Of a DNA stretch of 64,000 nucleotides, positions 19,770 through 29,899 are shown one piece after another (position 1 is the first letter of the stretch; the number at the start of each line of letters is the position of its first letter). The translations under genes and the position numbers were made by a program. Location: sequence record MW879344.1; one strand, written 5' to 3'. The notes under the pieces are model-generated. The model searched no databases. It saw only the letters and a program-made list of their open reading frames with translations, and had not been told where the DNA came from.

Positions 19770-20077
19770 TAGAAGTTTATTATGATGACAAAATTGGTCG
19801 GGTTATACCTGATGGTTTAGCTATTGACTATTGTACTGAGAAAGTACAAATGGTAGATTTTGTCGATACGGTTGGATCTGAGTTTTTATTAATGTCATAT
19901 CGTTATTCTATGAAAATTAATAATATTCCACATGACTCTATTCGTTTCCATTTTGAACATGAGTATTATGGACATAATACTATTATCCTTGATGAAGATT
20001 ATAACATGCAATCTCCAGAGGGTGAACGTTTTTTGTATCCAGATTTAAATATTAAAATGATGTTGGAGTTCTTTTAA
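19766..20077 (+). CDS. hypothetical protein (paralog of next gene)
   Basis: MIEVYYD..G..IPD N-terminus. Confidence 0.6.
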   Translation: MIEVYYDDKIGRVIPDGLAIDYCTEKVQMVDFVDTVGSEFLLMSYRYSMKINNIPHDSIRFHFEHEYYGHNTIILDEDYNMQSPEGERFLYPDLNIKMMLEFF

Positions 20078-20382
20078 TGATTACTGTAATATTTGATAAT
20101 GAAAATGGCATTGCACTACCAGATGTTAAAGTACAAGAATTTGCTAATGATCTAATTAGCAAAGGAGAAGGTACTGTGTATGTTAGTCAGATGTTAATCA
20201 TTGATGCTATTCGTGTAGCTGTACTCAAAAATAAATTTGATCCTAAAAAGATCATTTTTGAAGTACATGATGGTGATAAAAAGACTTCCGTTAATATCGA
20301 TTCTGATGCGGTGATGAGTGATTGGCACCCATTTCCTGACGTTCAGATGAAATTATTACAAATACTTGCGAGGTGGGAATGA
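20077..20382 (+). CDS. hypothetical protein (paralog of previous gene)
   Basis: MITVIFD..G..LPD N-terminus. Confidence 0.6.
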   Translation: MITVIFDNENGIALPDVKVQEFANDLISKGEGTVYVSQMLIIDAIRVAVLKNKFDPKKIIFEVHDGDKKTSVNIDSDAVMSDWHPFPDVQMKLLQILARWE

Positions 20383-20723
20383 CTGTAAAAAATAAAGAAT
20401 TTATTCTTCGTTGTGAATGTCATGAGTTACGTGAGCATAGTATTCATGTAGCACAATACAATACAGGCGATGAATATGACGACGCGAATATTGGACAATG
20501 TTTAATGAACATGTCTATGGAAATCCGTCTTCCTTGGTATAAGCGTGTGTGGGTAGGTATCAAATATATGTTTGGTAGTACTGATCATGTACATTTTATG
20601 GATACTATGGTTGATGTTGAAGTACTTAAAGATCTAGTGCAAAAGCTAGATGATAATCGTACTGATGAACAGAAAGCCGCAGCAAAAGAAAGTCGTGATT
20701 GGTCTAAATTCGAGATTTTGTAA
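20373..20723 (+). CDS. hypothetical protein
   Basis: coupled ORF. Confidence 0.6.
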   Translation: MGMTVKNKEFILRCECHELREHSIHVAQYNTGDEYDDANIGQCLMNMSMEIRLPWYKRVWVGIKYMFGSTDHVHFMDTMVDVEVLKDLVQKLDDNRTDEQKAAAKESRDWSKFEIL

Positions 20724-21091
20724 TGGAATCTTTAAATGAAATTTTAGAGCTTGACTATGTTAAGCAAACCAATTATACTTTAAATGATTCAGTTAAAAGT
20801 GTTTGTCAGATTGAAATGAAATCAGGAACAAATGAGAAATATCTCATTATGAGCCGAATTATTGGTGAAAAAAATCAATACTGCACCTTAATTACTGAAT
20901 TCTTTACGTTGTCATATAATGGAACAACATTATCTGTAACTGATAGTGATGGAGTCATGTTAGATAATATAGATCCATCAATAACTGAAGAATGGTTTTT
21001 TCAACAATCGTGTGTTAAAAATTATAATGCTATTGAACATGAAGATATAACATTTTTAACTGATGTTTATAACATCCTTGTAAGGAAGTGA
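20723..21091 (+). CDS. TEExxFQ-motif family protein
   Basis: ITEEWFFQQS. Confidence 0.6.
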   Translation: MESLNEILELDYVKQTNYTLNDSVKSVCQIEMKSGTNEKYLIMSRIIGEKNQYCTLITEFFTLSYNGTTLSVTDSDGVMLDNIDPSITEEWFFQQSCVKNYNAIEHEDITFLTDVYNILVRK

Positions 21092-21411
21092 ATATGCTAA
21101 GTCCAATTTTTGAAATTATGTTAAATCCAGAACATTCCCATTCTAGATTTGAACGTTATGATGGTGTACGTAATAAACTAATCATCAGTACTTCAACACA
21201 TGAATTGGAAGTTACGTTGGATTATATTAAATTGGACTTAGTACATTATAACATGAATGTAATTAATCCATTTCATGGTATTCCTATTCATCGTGAGTTG
21301 GTTGTCATGATTGATTACGAAATATTCCTTATGTCTAATTCTGCTGAAGTATTTGGAATTACAAGGGATGATATTGTTGAAGTTTTAAGTTATTATAGGA
21401 AATTATCATGA
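21088..21411 (+). CDS. hypothetical protein
   Basis: coupled ORF. Confidence 0.55.
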   Translation: MNMLSPIFEIMLNPEHSHSRFERYDGVRNKLIISTSTHELEVTLDYIKLDLVHYNMNVINPFHGIPIHRELVVMIDYEIFLMSNSAEVFGITRDDIVEVLSYYRKLS

Positions 21412-21848
21412 GTAGATACGATCTGCTTGCCAATTTTGAAGTTGATAATATGGTAAGAACGTTTGACGAATTTTATGAGTATCAATCGGTACTTAATAAT
21501 GAAAAGTATATGTGCTTTGGAAGTACTATTAAATTAGTAGATGATATTGTGGCATCAGTATCTATTAATAAGTACAATGAACATGTTCAGTACTTTGGTG
21601 TTTGGGATAACAGTTTAACACATGTAATTTTTAGCACCCAAGATGAAGGATTTGTACAGCTTTTTGATATTGATAGTATTTTGTCAAATGATTGTTTAAA
21701 AGAATTTATATCTATCAATGATATTGAAGATGCGGATTTAGAGCGTTTTAAACTAACACGTGAGAATATTATTGTACTTTTCAATTTACACAGTCAAATT
21801 CTGCAAAAATTGAAAAAAGATGAAACAATCCAAAAAAATGTGCTATAA
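21408..21848 (+). CDS. hypothetical protein
   Basis: coupled ORF. Confidence 0.55.
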   Translation: MSRYDLLANFEVDNMVRTFDEFYEYQSVLNNEKYMCFGSTIKLVDDIVASVSINKYNEHVQYFGVWDNSLTHVIFSTQDEGFVQLFDIDSILSNDCLKEFISINDIEDADLERFKLTRENIIVLFNLHSQILQKLKKDETIQKNVL

Positions 21849-21849
21849 T
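21821..21849 (+). promoter_or_regulatory. TGAAAC-N17-TATAAT promoter
   Basis: exact motif, precedes tRNA-Ser. Confidence 0.7.
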
Positions 21850-21859
21850 ATACACATAC

Positions 21860-21952
21860 GGTAGATTGGGTGAGTGGTTTAAACCAGCTTCCTGCTAAGA
21901 AGTCGGTCGCTCAAAAGGCGGCCAGTGGGTTCAAATCCCACATCTACCTCCA
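21860..21952 (+). tRNA. tRNA-Ser(GCU)
   Basis: cloverleaf, CT-GCT-AA loop, long variable arm, CCA. Confidence 0.95.
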
Positions 21953-21979
21953 ATTAATCTTTTATTGAGATAATATAAA

Positions 21980-22291
21980 ATGTCTAAAATTTCTACATTG
22001 CGTCCTTGGGAACAACCTGCTAATTTCAAAATGGATTCATCTGTATTTGAAGAATGGGTACGTGAAGCATTGGTACAACAATGTCTCGAAGATGAAAATA
22101 TGTATGATTATTGTGATGGTGATTTTACCGGAGTTTTTAATTTGGATGATACGTTGTTCATTGATGGTTTCGTTGAAGAAGGTGAAACCGAAGATGATGA
22201 TGTTAATATTGATTTCATTAAGATTATCAAAGAACATTTACCAGCAGATTTTTCTGAAAAACGCATTGGGGTTTATTTCTGTAATGGCTAA
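21980..22291 (+). CDS. hypothetical protein
   Basis: ORF track. Confidence 0.6.
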   Translation: MSKISTLRPWEQPANFKMDSSVFEEWVREALVQQCLEDENMYDYCDGDFTGVFNLDDTLFIDGFVEEGETEDDDVNIDFIKIIKEHLPADFSEKRIGVYFCNG

Positions 22292-22700
22292 TATAAAATT
22301 AAAAGAGGAATTCTTACTACGTGAGGATGATTCTAAGCCAGTACAATATAGTATTGAACAAGGAGAACATGTGTTCTCCTATTTTGTTTGTACTTGTGCT
22401 GAAGAAGATAAAAAGTACTGGAAAGATAAATTGCATGATTATATGCCAGATTTTGATCCAGAAAAACACGCTGATATGATGAGTCAACTTGTTATGGAAC
22501 TTAATTGGTCTTATAATGGGTTTATTACAAGTATCGGTGCTGATCAATGGTTTGGTCTAAGCGTGGACTGTGCAATTTGGAATAAAGACCATACTGAACA
22601 TGAAACTGTTATTATTTCCATGCAGTGCGATGAAGTACTTTTTGGTATGATAGCAGTACTCGAAATATTAAAAAAGGTTATTTCGGATGAAGAAGATTAA
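22047..22700 (+). CDS. hypothetical protein (true start probably about 22284)
   Basis: C-terminal part has genomic codon style. Confidence 0.55.
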   Translation: MKNGYVKHWYNNVSKMKICMIIVMVILPEFLIWMIRCSLMVSLKKVKPKMMMLILISLRLSKNIYQQIFLKNALGFISVMANIKLKEEFLLREDDSKPVQYSIEQGEHVFSYFVCTCAEEDKKYWKDKLHDYMPDFDPEKHADMMSQLVMELNWSYNGFITSIGADQWFGLSVDCAIWNKDHTEHETVIISMQCDEVLFGMIAVLEILKKVISDEED

Positions 22701-23517
22701 ATGGTTAATTCAAGATACATCTCGGATGTATTCTGCCATTGAAGATGAAGTAACACCACTCAAAGCATTGGGGTTTGAGGTCATACCATTTGGTATGATA
22801 CCATTTACTGATACGATGACTGGTATTGATGATTTAGATCCTGATGATTTTTATATCATACGTGGTGGTACTAAAGTTGTACAACTTTTAGATTCTGGTG
22901 TTCCTGAAAATATCAGTCCAGAATTGATCAGCACCTTACGTAAAGGTATTTCGTATAATCAAAAAATGTTCGATCAAGCATATTATTCTAGTAATTTACA
23001 GTTACCATTACTTAATAGTACGCCAACAATTTTAGATTTATCAAACGAAAAAGATTTATATGCATCATTTAGTACTCCAAAGTTTGTTAAACCTAGTTCT
23101 GATTTGAAAGCATTTACTGCTGGTATTATGGAAGAAGGTGAAGTTATAAAGTACTTCATTGAAAACCATTATCATAGAACTAATTATGCAGAAGAAACTG
23201 CGTTAGTTCATGATGTTGTAGATATTGATGCAGAGTATCGTTTCATCTGTTTAAATGGTGAAGTGATTACAGGTTCAATGTACCGTAAAAATAACCAATT
23301 AGTATTAAGTTCAGAAATTCCTAAAATTGTACTTGACACGGCTGATGAATATGCGTTATTATATCGCCCAAGCGAAATTTACACTATGGATTTAGCTGAA
23401 ACACCCAACGGTATTAAAATCGTTGAGTATAATTGCTGGAATGGTTCAGGCTTGTATAAGATGGACACGATGAAACTTTTCAGTACTATTCATGAATATT
23501 ACAAAGGTAAACTATAA
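22687..23517 (+). CDS. ATP-grasp domain protein (R2K/DUF4343-like)
   Basis: FVKPSSDLKAF, AEYRFICLNGEVITGSMY, MDLA...KIVEYNCWNGSGLY. Confidence 0.75.
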   Translation: MKKIKWLIQDTSRMYSAIEDEVTPLKALGFEVIPFGMIPFTDTMTGIDDLDPDDFYIIRGGTKVVQLLDSGVPENISPELISTLRKGISYNQKMFDQAYYSSNLQLPLLNSTPTILDLSNEKDLYASFSTPKFVKPSSDLKAFTAGIMEEGEVIKYFIENHYHRTNYAEETALVHDVVDIDAEYRFICLNGEVITGSMYRKNNQLVLSSEIPKIVLDTADEYALLYRPSEIYTMDLAETPNGIKIVEYNCWNGSGLYKMDTMKLFSTIHEYYKGKL

Positions 23518-24794
23518 TGGGTTCTTTCAATACTACATGTGCTGTAAGTAATACACCGATCCGTGAAGGCGACAAAGTACGTTTGTTCTTCTTACTTTCT
23601 CATCGATTTAGTTATAATTTTGATCCTTTGCGAAATTCTATTTCACAAGGTTGTCAGTGCTATCCTCATGATGATTTTACTGTAATTGGTGGAATTTCAT
23701 TAGAAGCTGAGTATACTGATTATAATACTTACTCGTTTGACCAAGAATCAATTTTTGCTAATTATATTCATTCTATTATTCTTCGTGATTATGAAATGAA
23801 TGTTTCCGAAGAAGGTAAAGAATATAACCCATACCATGATCACATGGATGTACCAAAAAGTGATTTGACGTGGGAAAAAATTCAAGATATGATGCATAGC
23901 GGTCGTCTACATCTTAGGAGTTATGGAAATTGTAACCTTCCATTTGTTACAACGATGGCAATTCATGAATCAGTTTATCAGATCATGTTGAATGAACCAT
24001 TTGAACGTTATATTGGTTATCCTGATGGAATGGATTATCGCTCTGACTTCCACCCATATGAAACGGTTGATTTCAACAGCCTATTAGCAAATGAGTTGAC
24101 AAAAAATAACTCGGAAGAAATTGAAAAGCGAACTCAAGAATTGATTGAGATATTCAAAGACCAATTTGAAGCTGAACCAGAAAAAGAAGATGAAATTCTT
24201 AATATGATTAAGCGTATGGTCAAACGTGAATTGAGTTCTCGCCGTGATAACGGTTATGAATATGCTTATGCTATTATGTCACCACTTGAAGAACTTCGTG
24301 AACTTGCAGAAACCAGTAAAACTGATGAAGAAAATGAAGTTGAATTCACTCCATTTACTGACGTGGATTTAATTTCAAAAACCTTCGAAGGACGTTTCTT
24401 TGATGGTCGCATGTACACTCACAATATCATGTACAGGCCAATCATCACTTCTGGTCAAGAACACGATCTAACCAGTGATGGTATTTTCTGGATGAAAGTT
24501 GGTGCGGCATTAATGACCATTAATGACCGTTGGGAATCCGAAGAACATTTTGGTACTACCAAATATTCTGAACAATGGCAAGAAATGACATATGATCAAA
24601 TGATTGCTGGAATTAAAGAGTGGTATGAAGAAACTGATGAAGAATATTCAGATTTTGTAACTTCATTAAATGAATTGTTCAAAGATAAACATGAAATTGA
24701 AATTAAGGTTGAAGATTTTAAAAACCCTGAATACAAATTTATTTCTATGTATATCTGGAACAAGATGCTACCGTTGCGTATTTTGAAAAATTAA
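23517..24794 (+). CDS. hypothetical protein
   Basis: 425 aa; MGSFNTTCAVSNTPI N-terminus. Confidence 0.7.
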   Translation: MGSFNTTCAVSNTPIREGDKVRLFFLLSHRFSYNFDPLRNSISQGCQCYPHDDFTVIGGISLEAEYTDYNTYSFDQESIFANYIHSIILRDYEMNVSEEGKEYNPYHDHMDVPKSDLTWEKIQDMMHSGRLHLRSYGNCNLPFVTTMAIHESVYQIMLNEPFERYIGYPDGMDYRSDFHPYETVDFNSLLANELTKNNSEEIEKRTQELIEIFKDQFEAEPEKEDEILNMIKRMVKRELSSRRDNGYEYAYAIMSPLEELRELAETSKTDEENEVEFTPFTDVDLISKTFEGRFFDGRMYTHNIMYRPIITSGQEHDLTSDGIFWMKVGAALMTINDRWESEEHFGTTKYSEQWQEMTYDQMIAGIKEWYEETDEEYSDFVTSLNELFKDKHEIEIKVEDFKNPEYKFISMYIWNKMLPLRILKN

Positions 24795-24917
24795 CAAAAA
24801 GTGCTTGACACGGATATAGAATTGTGTTTTAATATCCGTGTTGAGCAATAAAGCTCCATTTTTAATTTATATAGTGCAGTACTTACCCATTGTTCAACAA
24901 AGTAACAGGAAAACTTA

Positions 24918-26087
24918 ATGTATAATCAAAGTGGTGATATTATCCAAATTGCTCGTGAATTTGGAAACAAGATTGATGTTCTACCAGCAGCAACTTACAC
25001 AGTAGAACAAAATCCACAAACTGGTGAATTTTACCTAATGAAGTCTAATCCATTTACTCGCCCATCTAAAGTATATGGTGAAATGACAAATCGTAATGAG
25101 AAAGTAATCAATACTTTCCTATCACGTGAAGGTAAAAACACTGGTGTACTACTAAGTGGTACAAAGGGTGCAGGTAAAACTCAGTTAGCAAAAGATGTTA
25201 GTATTGCATTGCTTGAAAAGGGAATCCCTACTATCATCGTTCAGAACTGTTATACCTGTGGTGGTTTCATCAACTTCATCAAAGCTATTGAAGATAAAGC
25301 ATTAGTTCTGTTTGATGAATTTGAAAAAGTTTATAGTGAACGTGAAGAACAAGAAGCAATTTTGACGCTACTTGACGGTACTGGTTCATACAATAAGTTG
25401 TATATTCTAACCTCAAACAATCGTCAAGTTTCTGAGTTCCTACGTAACCGTCCTAGCCGTATCTTCTATCACTTCGAATACAAGAAGCTAAGCAAACCAG
25501 TTATGTTTGATCTTCTTAATGACAAGTTGGTAAACAAAAACTACATTCCACAGTTTGATACGTTGTGGGAAGTTGCAGAAACTGTTAGCTTCGATATGAT
25601 TCAATGTCTAATTGAAGAACTAAACCGTTATCCAACTCAGACGTTCACTGAAACATTCCGTGAATTGAATGTGGAAGTTGAAGCTCGTGATGGTAATGCA
25701 TTCCTACTTTCTGAATTTACTTTAGATGGTAAAGAAGTTAAGTTCGATGCAGAAAATTACAACCACTTCACTACTTTCTCCTTTATGGCTAAGTATGATG
25801 ACTTCCGTGTGTACTTGTTCGCAGAAGAAGGCACAATGCTAGAAGAACTTAAAGCAATCGAAGCTCGTGAATACGACAACGATTATGATGAAGACGAAGA
25901 CGAAGAAGGTGAAAAACAACTTCGTGAAATCCAGTACTTTATCAATCTTGAGTTCAGCAAGGCAGATACTGTTGTAAATAGTACTGGCGTTACTATCGAC
26001 CGTGATCTAAATGGTGTAAAACTTCACGCTAAGTTCGTGAAAGCTGAATCACCAGATGTGATCGAAACCATGTTCGATGGTAAATAA
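24918..26087 (+). CDS. AAA+ ATPase
   Basis: Walker A GTKGAGKT, Walker B LFDEFEK, TSN, NRPSR. Confidence 0.88.
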   Translation: MYNQSGDIIQIAREFGNKIDVLPAATYTVEQNPQTGEFYLMKSNPFTRPSKVYGEMTNRNEKVINTFLSREGKNTGVLLSGTKGAGKTQLAKDVSIALLEKGIPTIIVQNCYTCGGFINFIKAIEDKALVLFDEFEKVYSEREEQEAILTLLDGTGSYNKLYILTSNNRQVSEFLRNRPSRIFYHFEYKKLSKPVMFDLLNDKLVNKNYIPQFDTLWEVAETVSFDMIQCLIEELNRYPTQTFTETFRELNVEVEARDGNAFLLSEFTLDGKEVKFDAENYNHFTTFSFMAKYDDFRVYLFAEEGTMLEELKAIEAREYDNDYDEDEDEEGEKQLREIQYFINLEFSKADTVVNSTGVTIDRDLNGVKLHAKFVKAESPDVIETMFDGK

Positions 26088-26096
26088 ATAACAATA

Positions 26097-26322
26097 GGGA
26101 AAGGAATTGTTAGTACTTGTACTTCCCCCTTTCCCGTATTGGATACCAAGGACTTCACCCTACTCAACGATGGTGAAATACCGGCTTCCCCTAAGCATAT
26201 TGAGACAAAACCAGACGGTTACTCTCTTTGGTGTGGCTGAAAGGCTTTCGGGGCTTGTTTGCAGTCAAGGTGCAAAAACTGAAGTGGTTATGCTGGTGGA
26301 CGCACTATAAATAACTGCGGGT
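26097..26322 (+). ncRNA. orphan structured RNA upstream of tRNA-Trp
   Basis: GC-rich intergenic; GGGAAAGG/CCTTTCCC, TTCACC/GGTGAA, TTTGCA/TGCAAA, CGCA/TGCG helices. Confidence 0.45.
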
Positions 26323-26324
26323 CT

Positions 26325-26395
26325 AGGAGATTGGCCGATTGGTCAGGCAGCGGATTCCAAATCCGTCTAGGTGGGTTCAATTCCTACATCTCCTG
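26325..26395 (+). tRNA. tRNA-Trp(CCA)
   Basis: AGGAGAT/ATCTCCT acceptor, GCGGA-TTCCAAA-TCCGT, TTCAATT T-loop. Confidence 0.9.
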
Positions 26396-26464
26396 CAAAT
26401 TTTACTTGACATATTATGTGAATTAATGATATATTATCCCTATCTTAAACGGTAGGGATTTTTT

Positions 26465-26935
26465 ATGAATCTAGTAACGAATGATGGACATAAAGTTTAT
26501 TATAGTGCATATCACTTAAAAGTACATGCTGATGTTTGTGAGTACTTAGAAGAAGCAATAAGTACTATTAATACGCATTCTGCACCATTTATTAAGGTAG
26601 CTGTCCAATTCGACAAAATTATTGGACAAAGTACATGTGTCAACGTTCGTAATGGTGATGAATTTAAATATGCTAAACGTATTGGACGTAAATATCCTAC
26701 TCGGTTTGTATTAAATCGTGAACCAGAACCATGTAGTACAGTCACCGTTATTATGAAACGTACTCCCAATAGTGAAAAGTACGGATATACCCTATTGACA
26801 GCATATATTGGTGGGTTAGCAACCAAAGAAGTGCATGATCCTAAACTAACTTATGAAGAAGCTCATGAGGCACATGAGTTTTGGAATTCACATGCATTGA
26901 TTTGGGATGAATCAATTATTGAACAGACGGCGTAA
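26465..26935 (+). CDS. hypothetical protein
   Basis: sigma70 promoter, terminator after. Confidence 0.7.
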   Translation: MNLVTNDGHKVYYSAYHLKVHADVCEYLEEAISTINTHSAPFIKVAVQFDKIIGQSTCVNVRNGDEFKYAKRIGRKYPTRFVLNREPEPCSTVTVIMKRTPNSEKYGYTLLTAYIGGLATKEVHDPKLTYEEAHEAHEFWNSHALIWDESIIEQTA

Positions 26936-26964
26936 GCCGTCTTTCTTATTAAAGGAAAGGTTAT

Positions 26965-27546
26965 ATGAGTTATGGCTATTGTCCGTACTGTGCAGCTAAA
27001 GGTGTTAACAGTGCAAGAAATCCAATCGGACCAACAATTTGTGAAAATGGTCACGAATATCCACATGCATTAAGACAGCCTACACCAACAATATTGTTCA
27101 AAAAAGCAGTTAAACCTTTGCGTATCTATGTTGATATGGATGGTGTTATTGCGGATTTTGAAGAACACTTAGATGGTCGTAATCCTAAAGTAGTAAAATT
27201 ACTACCAGGAACCTATATTAGTCTGAAACCAATGATCGGTGCTATTGATGCAGTACGATTATTGATTGAAGCTGGGCATGACGTGTTTTTGGCAACAAAG
27301 ATTCCAACACATAACGTTCTTGCTGCAACTGAAAAATTACACTGGATTAATCAACATTTTCCAGAAATGATTGCAAAAACAATTATCACACCAGACAAAG
27401 GTTGTTTGCGTGGTGATATTCTCATTGATGATCGCAAGCATAAAGCAAATTGCGAAGGATTCGAAGGAACTTTCATTCACTTCGGAACCGAAGAATTCCC
27501 ATCATGGGAAGAAGTACTTAAATTTATAGAGGGAATGCAATGTTAA
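26965..27546 (+). CDS. 5'(3')-deoxyribonucleotidase (HAD, NT5C-like) with N-terminal Cys/His finger
   Basis: IYVDMDGVIADF, EKLHWI..HFP, GDILIDDR; CPYC...CENGH. Confidence 0.85.
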   Translation: MSYGYCPYCAAKGVNSARNPIGPTICENGHEYPHALRQPTPTILFKKAVKPLRIYVDMDGVIADFEEHLDGRNPKVVKLLPGTYISLKPMIGAIDAVRLLIEAGHDVFLATKIPTHNVLAATEKLHWINQHFPEMIAKTIITPDKGCLRGDILIDDRKHKANCEGFEGTFIHFGTEEFPSWEEVLKFIEGMQC

Positions 27547-28094
27547 AAGAAGTACAAGATATTATTCAGCGTATCGCTGATGTTCTAAAAGATAATAATG
27601 ATTTCAGTACTGAAATTTTTGATGAAGGTGTTGGTATTCAAGTCATTTCCCGTAATGGTCCAGCTAATAACTATCACGGTTATGAATTGTATCTTATGGA
27701 AGAAGTAGTTAAATCATTAGGTCATACTCTTGATTTTAAGATCATTGATGGTGATGAATTTAAACGCTTTGTAGTGACAACTGATGCTAACTTTAATCTA
27801 CAATCGTATATTAATAGTACTAATCTAAAGTTACGTTCATTGAGTACTGATGAACTCCAAGTAGTATATATTTGTGAAAAGCTTACTGATGATAGTCGTG
27901 GTGAATTCAGTATTCTAACGGCTTACACCAATGGTACATGGACACGCTGTGATATTACTAAAGCCGAATTGCTTTATGCAGCAGTGAATAACCTTCCAAT
28001 TGAAGCTAATGAAAATGGTATCTATTGGTATCCAAAGCTAATTGAAATGAATGGCGTATTCTTTGATGAACTTTCAGAGGTCGCTAACGGGTGA
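27540..28094 (+). CDS. hypothetical protein
   Basis: coupled ORF. Confidence 0.65.
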   Translation: MLKEVQDIIQRIADVLKDNNDFSTEIFDEGVGIQVISRNGPANNYHGYELYLMEEVVKSLGHTLDFKIIDGDEFKRFVVTTDANFNLQSYINSTNLKLRSLSTDELQVVYICEKLTDDSRGEFSILTAYTNGTWTRCDITKAELLYAAVNNLPIEANENGIYWYPKLIEMNGVFFDELSEVANG

Positions 28095-28122
28095 TGAAAA
28101 TCACCTTTTTTAATTAAAAAAA

Positions 28123-28151
28123 TGAAACACTAAAAAAAATTGTGGTATAAT
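28123..28151 (+). promoter_or_regulatory. TGAAAC-N17-TATAAT promoter
   Basis: exact motif. Confidence 0.7.
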
Positions 28152-28174
28152 ATACACATAGACAAGATGAGACA

Positions 28175-28768
28175 TTGGAGAATCAGCAAATGAAAATTAC
28201 CTTACGTAAAGCACACCGTTTAGTAAAAGAATTACAATCAAAAGTATCAGTACGTTTTGAACAAAAAGATGTACACCATTCAGCTACAGACGATGAAGTA
28301 CGTGCGGTAGTTGCAGAAACCCAATCTGCAAGTTTCCAATCCGTTGAAAAAGCGTTGAAAGTTCAAGAAGCAATTTTTGACATTCGTAAATCTTTGCAAG
28401 ATGCAAACGCTAAAGATGTTGACGGTAACACCGTTGATTCTCTATTGAACCGAAAAGTTCTAGTAGAAGCACAAATGAAGGTTCTATCTTCATTCCGTGA
28501 ACCATCTAAGACTAAAGACGAAGAAGTGTTGAATAAAATTCTTCGTGAAGTAAAAGACAACCATGAAAGTACGTCCGAGTATCGTAGCACGTATACACGT
28601 GTTAGTGGGTTGTCATCTGTTATGCATGACAATTTGAATACGCTTTACGTGACGTTAAAGCAAGAACAAGAAACAGTTAGTGATAAACTAGCTTATATCA
28701 ATAATAAACTTGAAATCGAAGTTGATGACAAGTACAAAGAATTGTTTAAAGAACTTCAAGTTCTTTAA
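28175..28768 (+). CDS. coiled-coil hypothetical protein followed by a structured RNA
   Basis: MKITLRKAHRLVKEL; helical. Confidence 0.7.
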   Translation: MENQQMKITLRKAHRLVKELQSKVSVRFEQKDVHHSATDDEVRAVVAETQSASFQSVEKALKVQEAIFDIRKSLQDANAKDVDGNTVDSLLNRKVLVEAQMKVLSSFREPSKTKDEEVLNKILREVKDNHESTSEYRSTYTRVSGLSSVMHDNLNTLYVTLKQEQETVSDKLAYINNKLEIEVDDKYKELFKELQVL

Positions 28769-28774
28769 TAAACT

Positions 28775-29021
28775 GAGTAAGAGAGAAGTCGCTTAACTCA
28801 CTCTCTTACTCCCTTGCCTAAGAAGCCCATCGAATGAATTTTCGATGATATTATTTTTCTTACAAAAGAAAAATGGTCAATTACGCTAACGTAATTAAGA
28901 TAAAGAGTTTGCTCCGTTTATACTAAACAGATACTATATCTTGCTTGGTTGTAGAAACGGTTTAACTCGATTGTATGGTTGCATGATTGCATTGTTGAAC
29001 GGTTGCTTCGCTTCTTAGGCA
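28775..29021 (+). ncRNA. structured 3' RNA of the coiled-coil gene
   Basis: perfect 11-bp GAGTAAGAGAG/CTCTCTTACTC hairpin; perfect 12-bp TGCCTAAGAAGC/GCTTCTTAGGCA long-range helix. Confidence 0.6.
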
Positions 29022-29068
29022 CAATCTTTTTGTTACGTTTTTATATTGATAAATAAAAATGTAACGCT

Positions 29069-29140
29069 GGTTGGTTCATATAAAGGCTATTATGGCGGTT
29101 TTGTAATCCGTTCATCAGGGTTCGAGTCCCTGACTAACCA
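29069..29140 (+). tRNA. tRNA-Thr(UGU)
   Basis: GGTTGGT/ACTAACC, TT-TGT-AA loop, canonical T-arm. Confidence 0.85.
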
Positions 29141-29157
29141 CAAAATAATAAAGAATT

Positions 29158-29329
29158 TCTCTCGAAAGAGAGCGTAGGGTGGCCTGTAGTTTGGGCTGGC
29201 GTAAGATGGCGACTATACTCTGTATAGTTTCGATGATGAGACACAGCTATATGCTGTCACCGAACGGGAAGTTCTGAGGCATGTCAGCCAAGAAACAGAA
29301 AGACATACTGTACTGAATCTTCAGTACAA
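29158..29329 (+). ncRNA. orphan structured RNA between tRNAs
   Basis: CTCTC-GAAA-GAGAG, ACTATAC/GTATAGT, GGCTGGC/GTCAGCC, TGTACTGAA/TTCAGTACA. Confidence 0.5.
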
Positions 29330-29330
29330 T

Positions 29331-29449
29331 CGGGAATTGGTGTAATGGCAGCACAACGTTATAACATAAATTCTTGTACAGGAATTTCACAGCAACCAAT
29401 ACAATTGCATAGGGAGCCGTGAGATAAGGTTCGATTCCTTGATTCCCGA
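29331..29449 (+). ncRNA. tRNA-like RNA with ACAGCAA-helix insert in anticodon arm (TTGCATA loop)
   Basis: CGGGAAT/ATTCCCG acceptor, D and T arms, AAATTC/GAATTT helix, ACAGCAA at 29389. Confidence 0.75.
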
Positions 29450-29638
29450 CTAATTAACTAAACCAGCACATTGCTGGTTTTTTCATTTCTGGAGTTTTAT
29501 AATGAAGATATTAAAGTTACACAAAACTGTAGGATATATTAAAATTACATTATTAAAAAATAATCCACAATATGGCGGTCGCTGTGATACGTGTGGAAGA
29601 TATGATAATGATGGTGGCCCACTATGTGGTAATGTTTT

Positions 29639-29899
29639 TTGTCCAGGAGGAAACTGATGAATCCTAATGATTTAAATAATTCCGAAAAATATACATGGTC
29701 TGATCTTCGTGAGAACTATGATAAGCTAAAACTTGTCAATCAAGAATTTATTGAATTGCATGGATTTGCAATTCCTGATGATGTTAAAGTTGGTGATGTT
29801 TTTGTAGTAGTTGAACTGACTGAAGATCATGGTACTCGTGTTGATCGTGGTTTCGTTATTCCTCGTCATTATCTTGACTTCTTTGAGGCAAACTGCTAA
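29639..29899 (+). CDS. small hypothetical protein
   Basis: GGAGG RBS; start probably 29657. Confidence 0.55.
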   Translation: MSRRKLMNPNDLNNSEKYTWSDLRENYDKLKLVNQEFIELHGFAIPDDVKVGDVFVVVELTEDHGTRVDRGFVIPRHYLDFFEANC

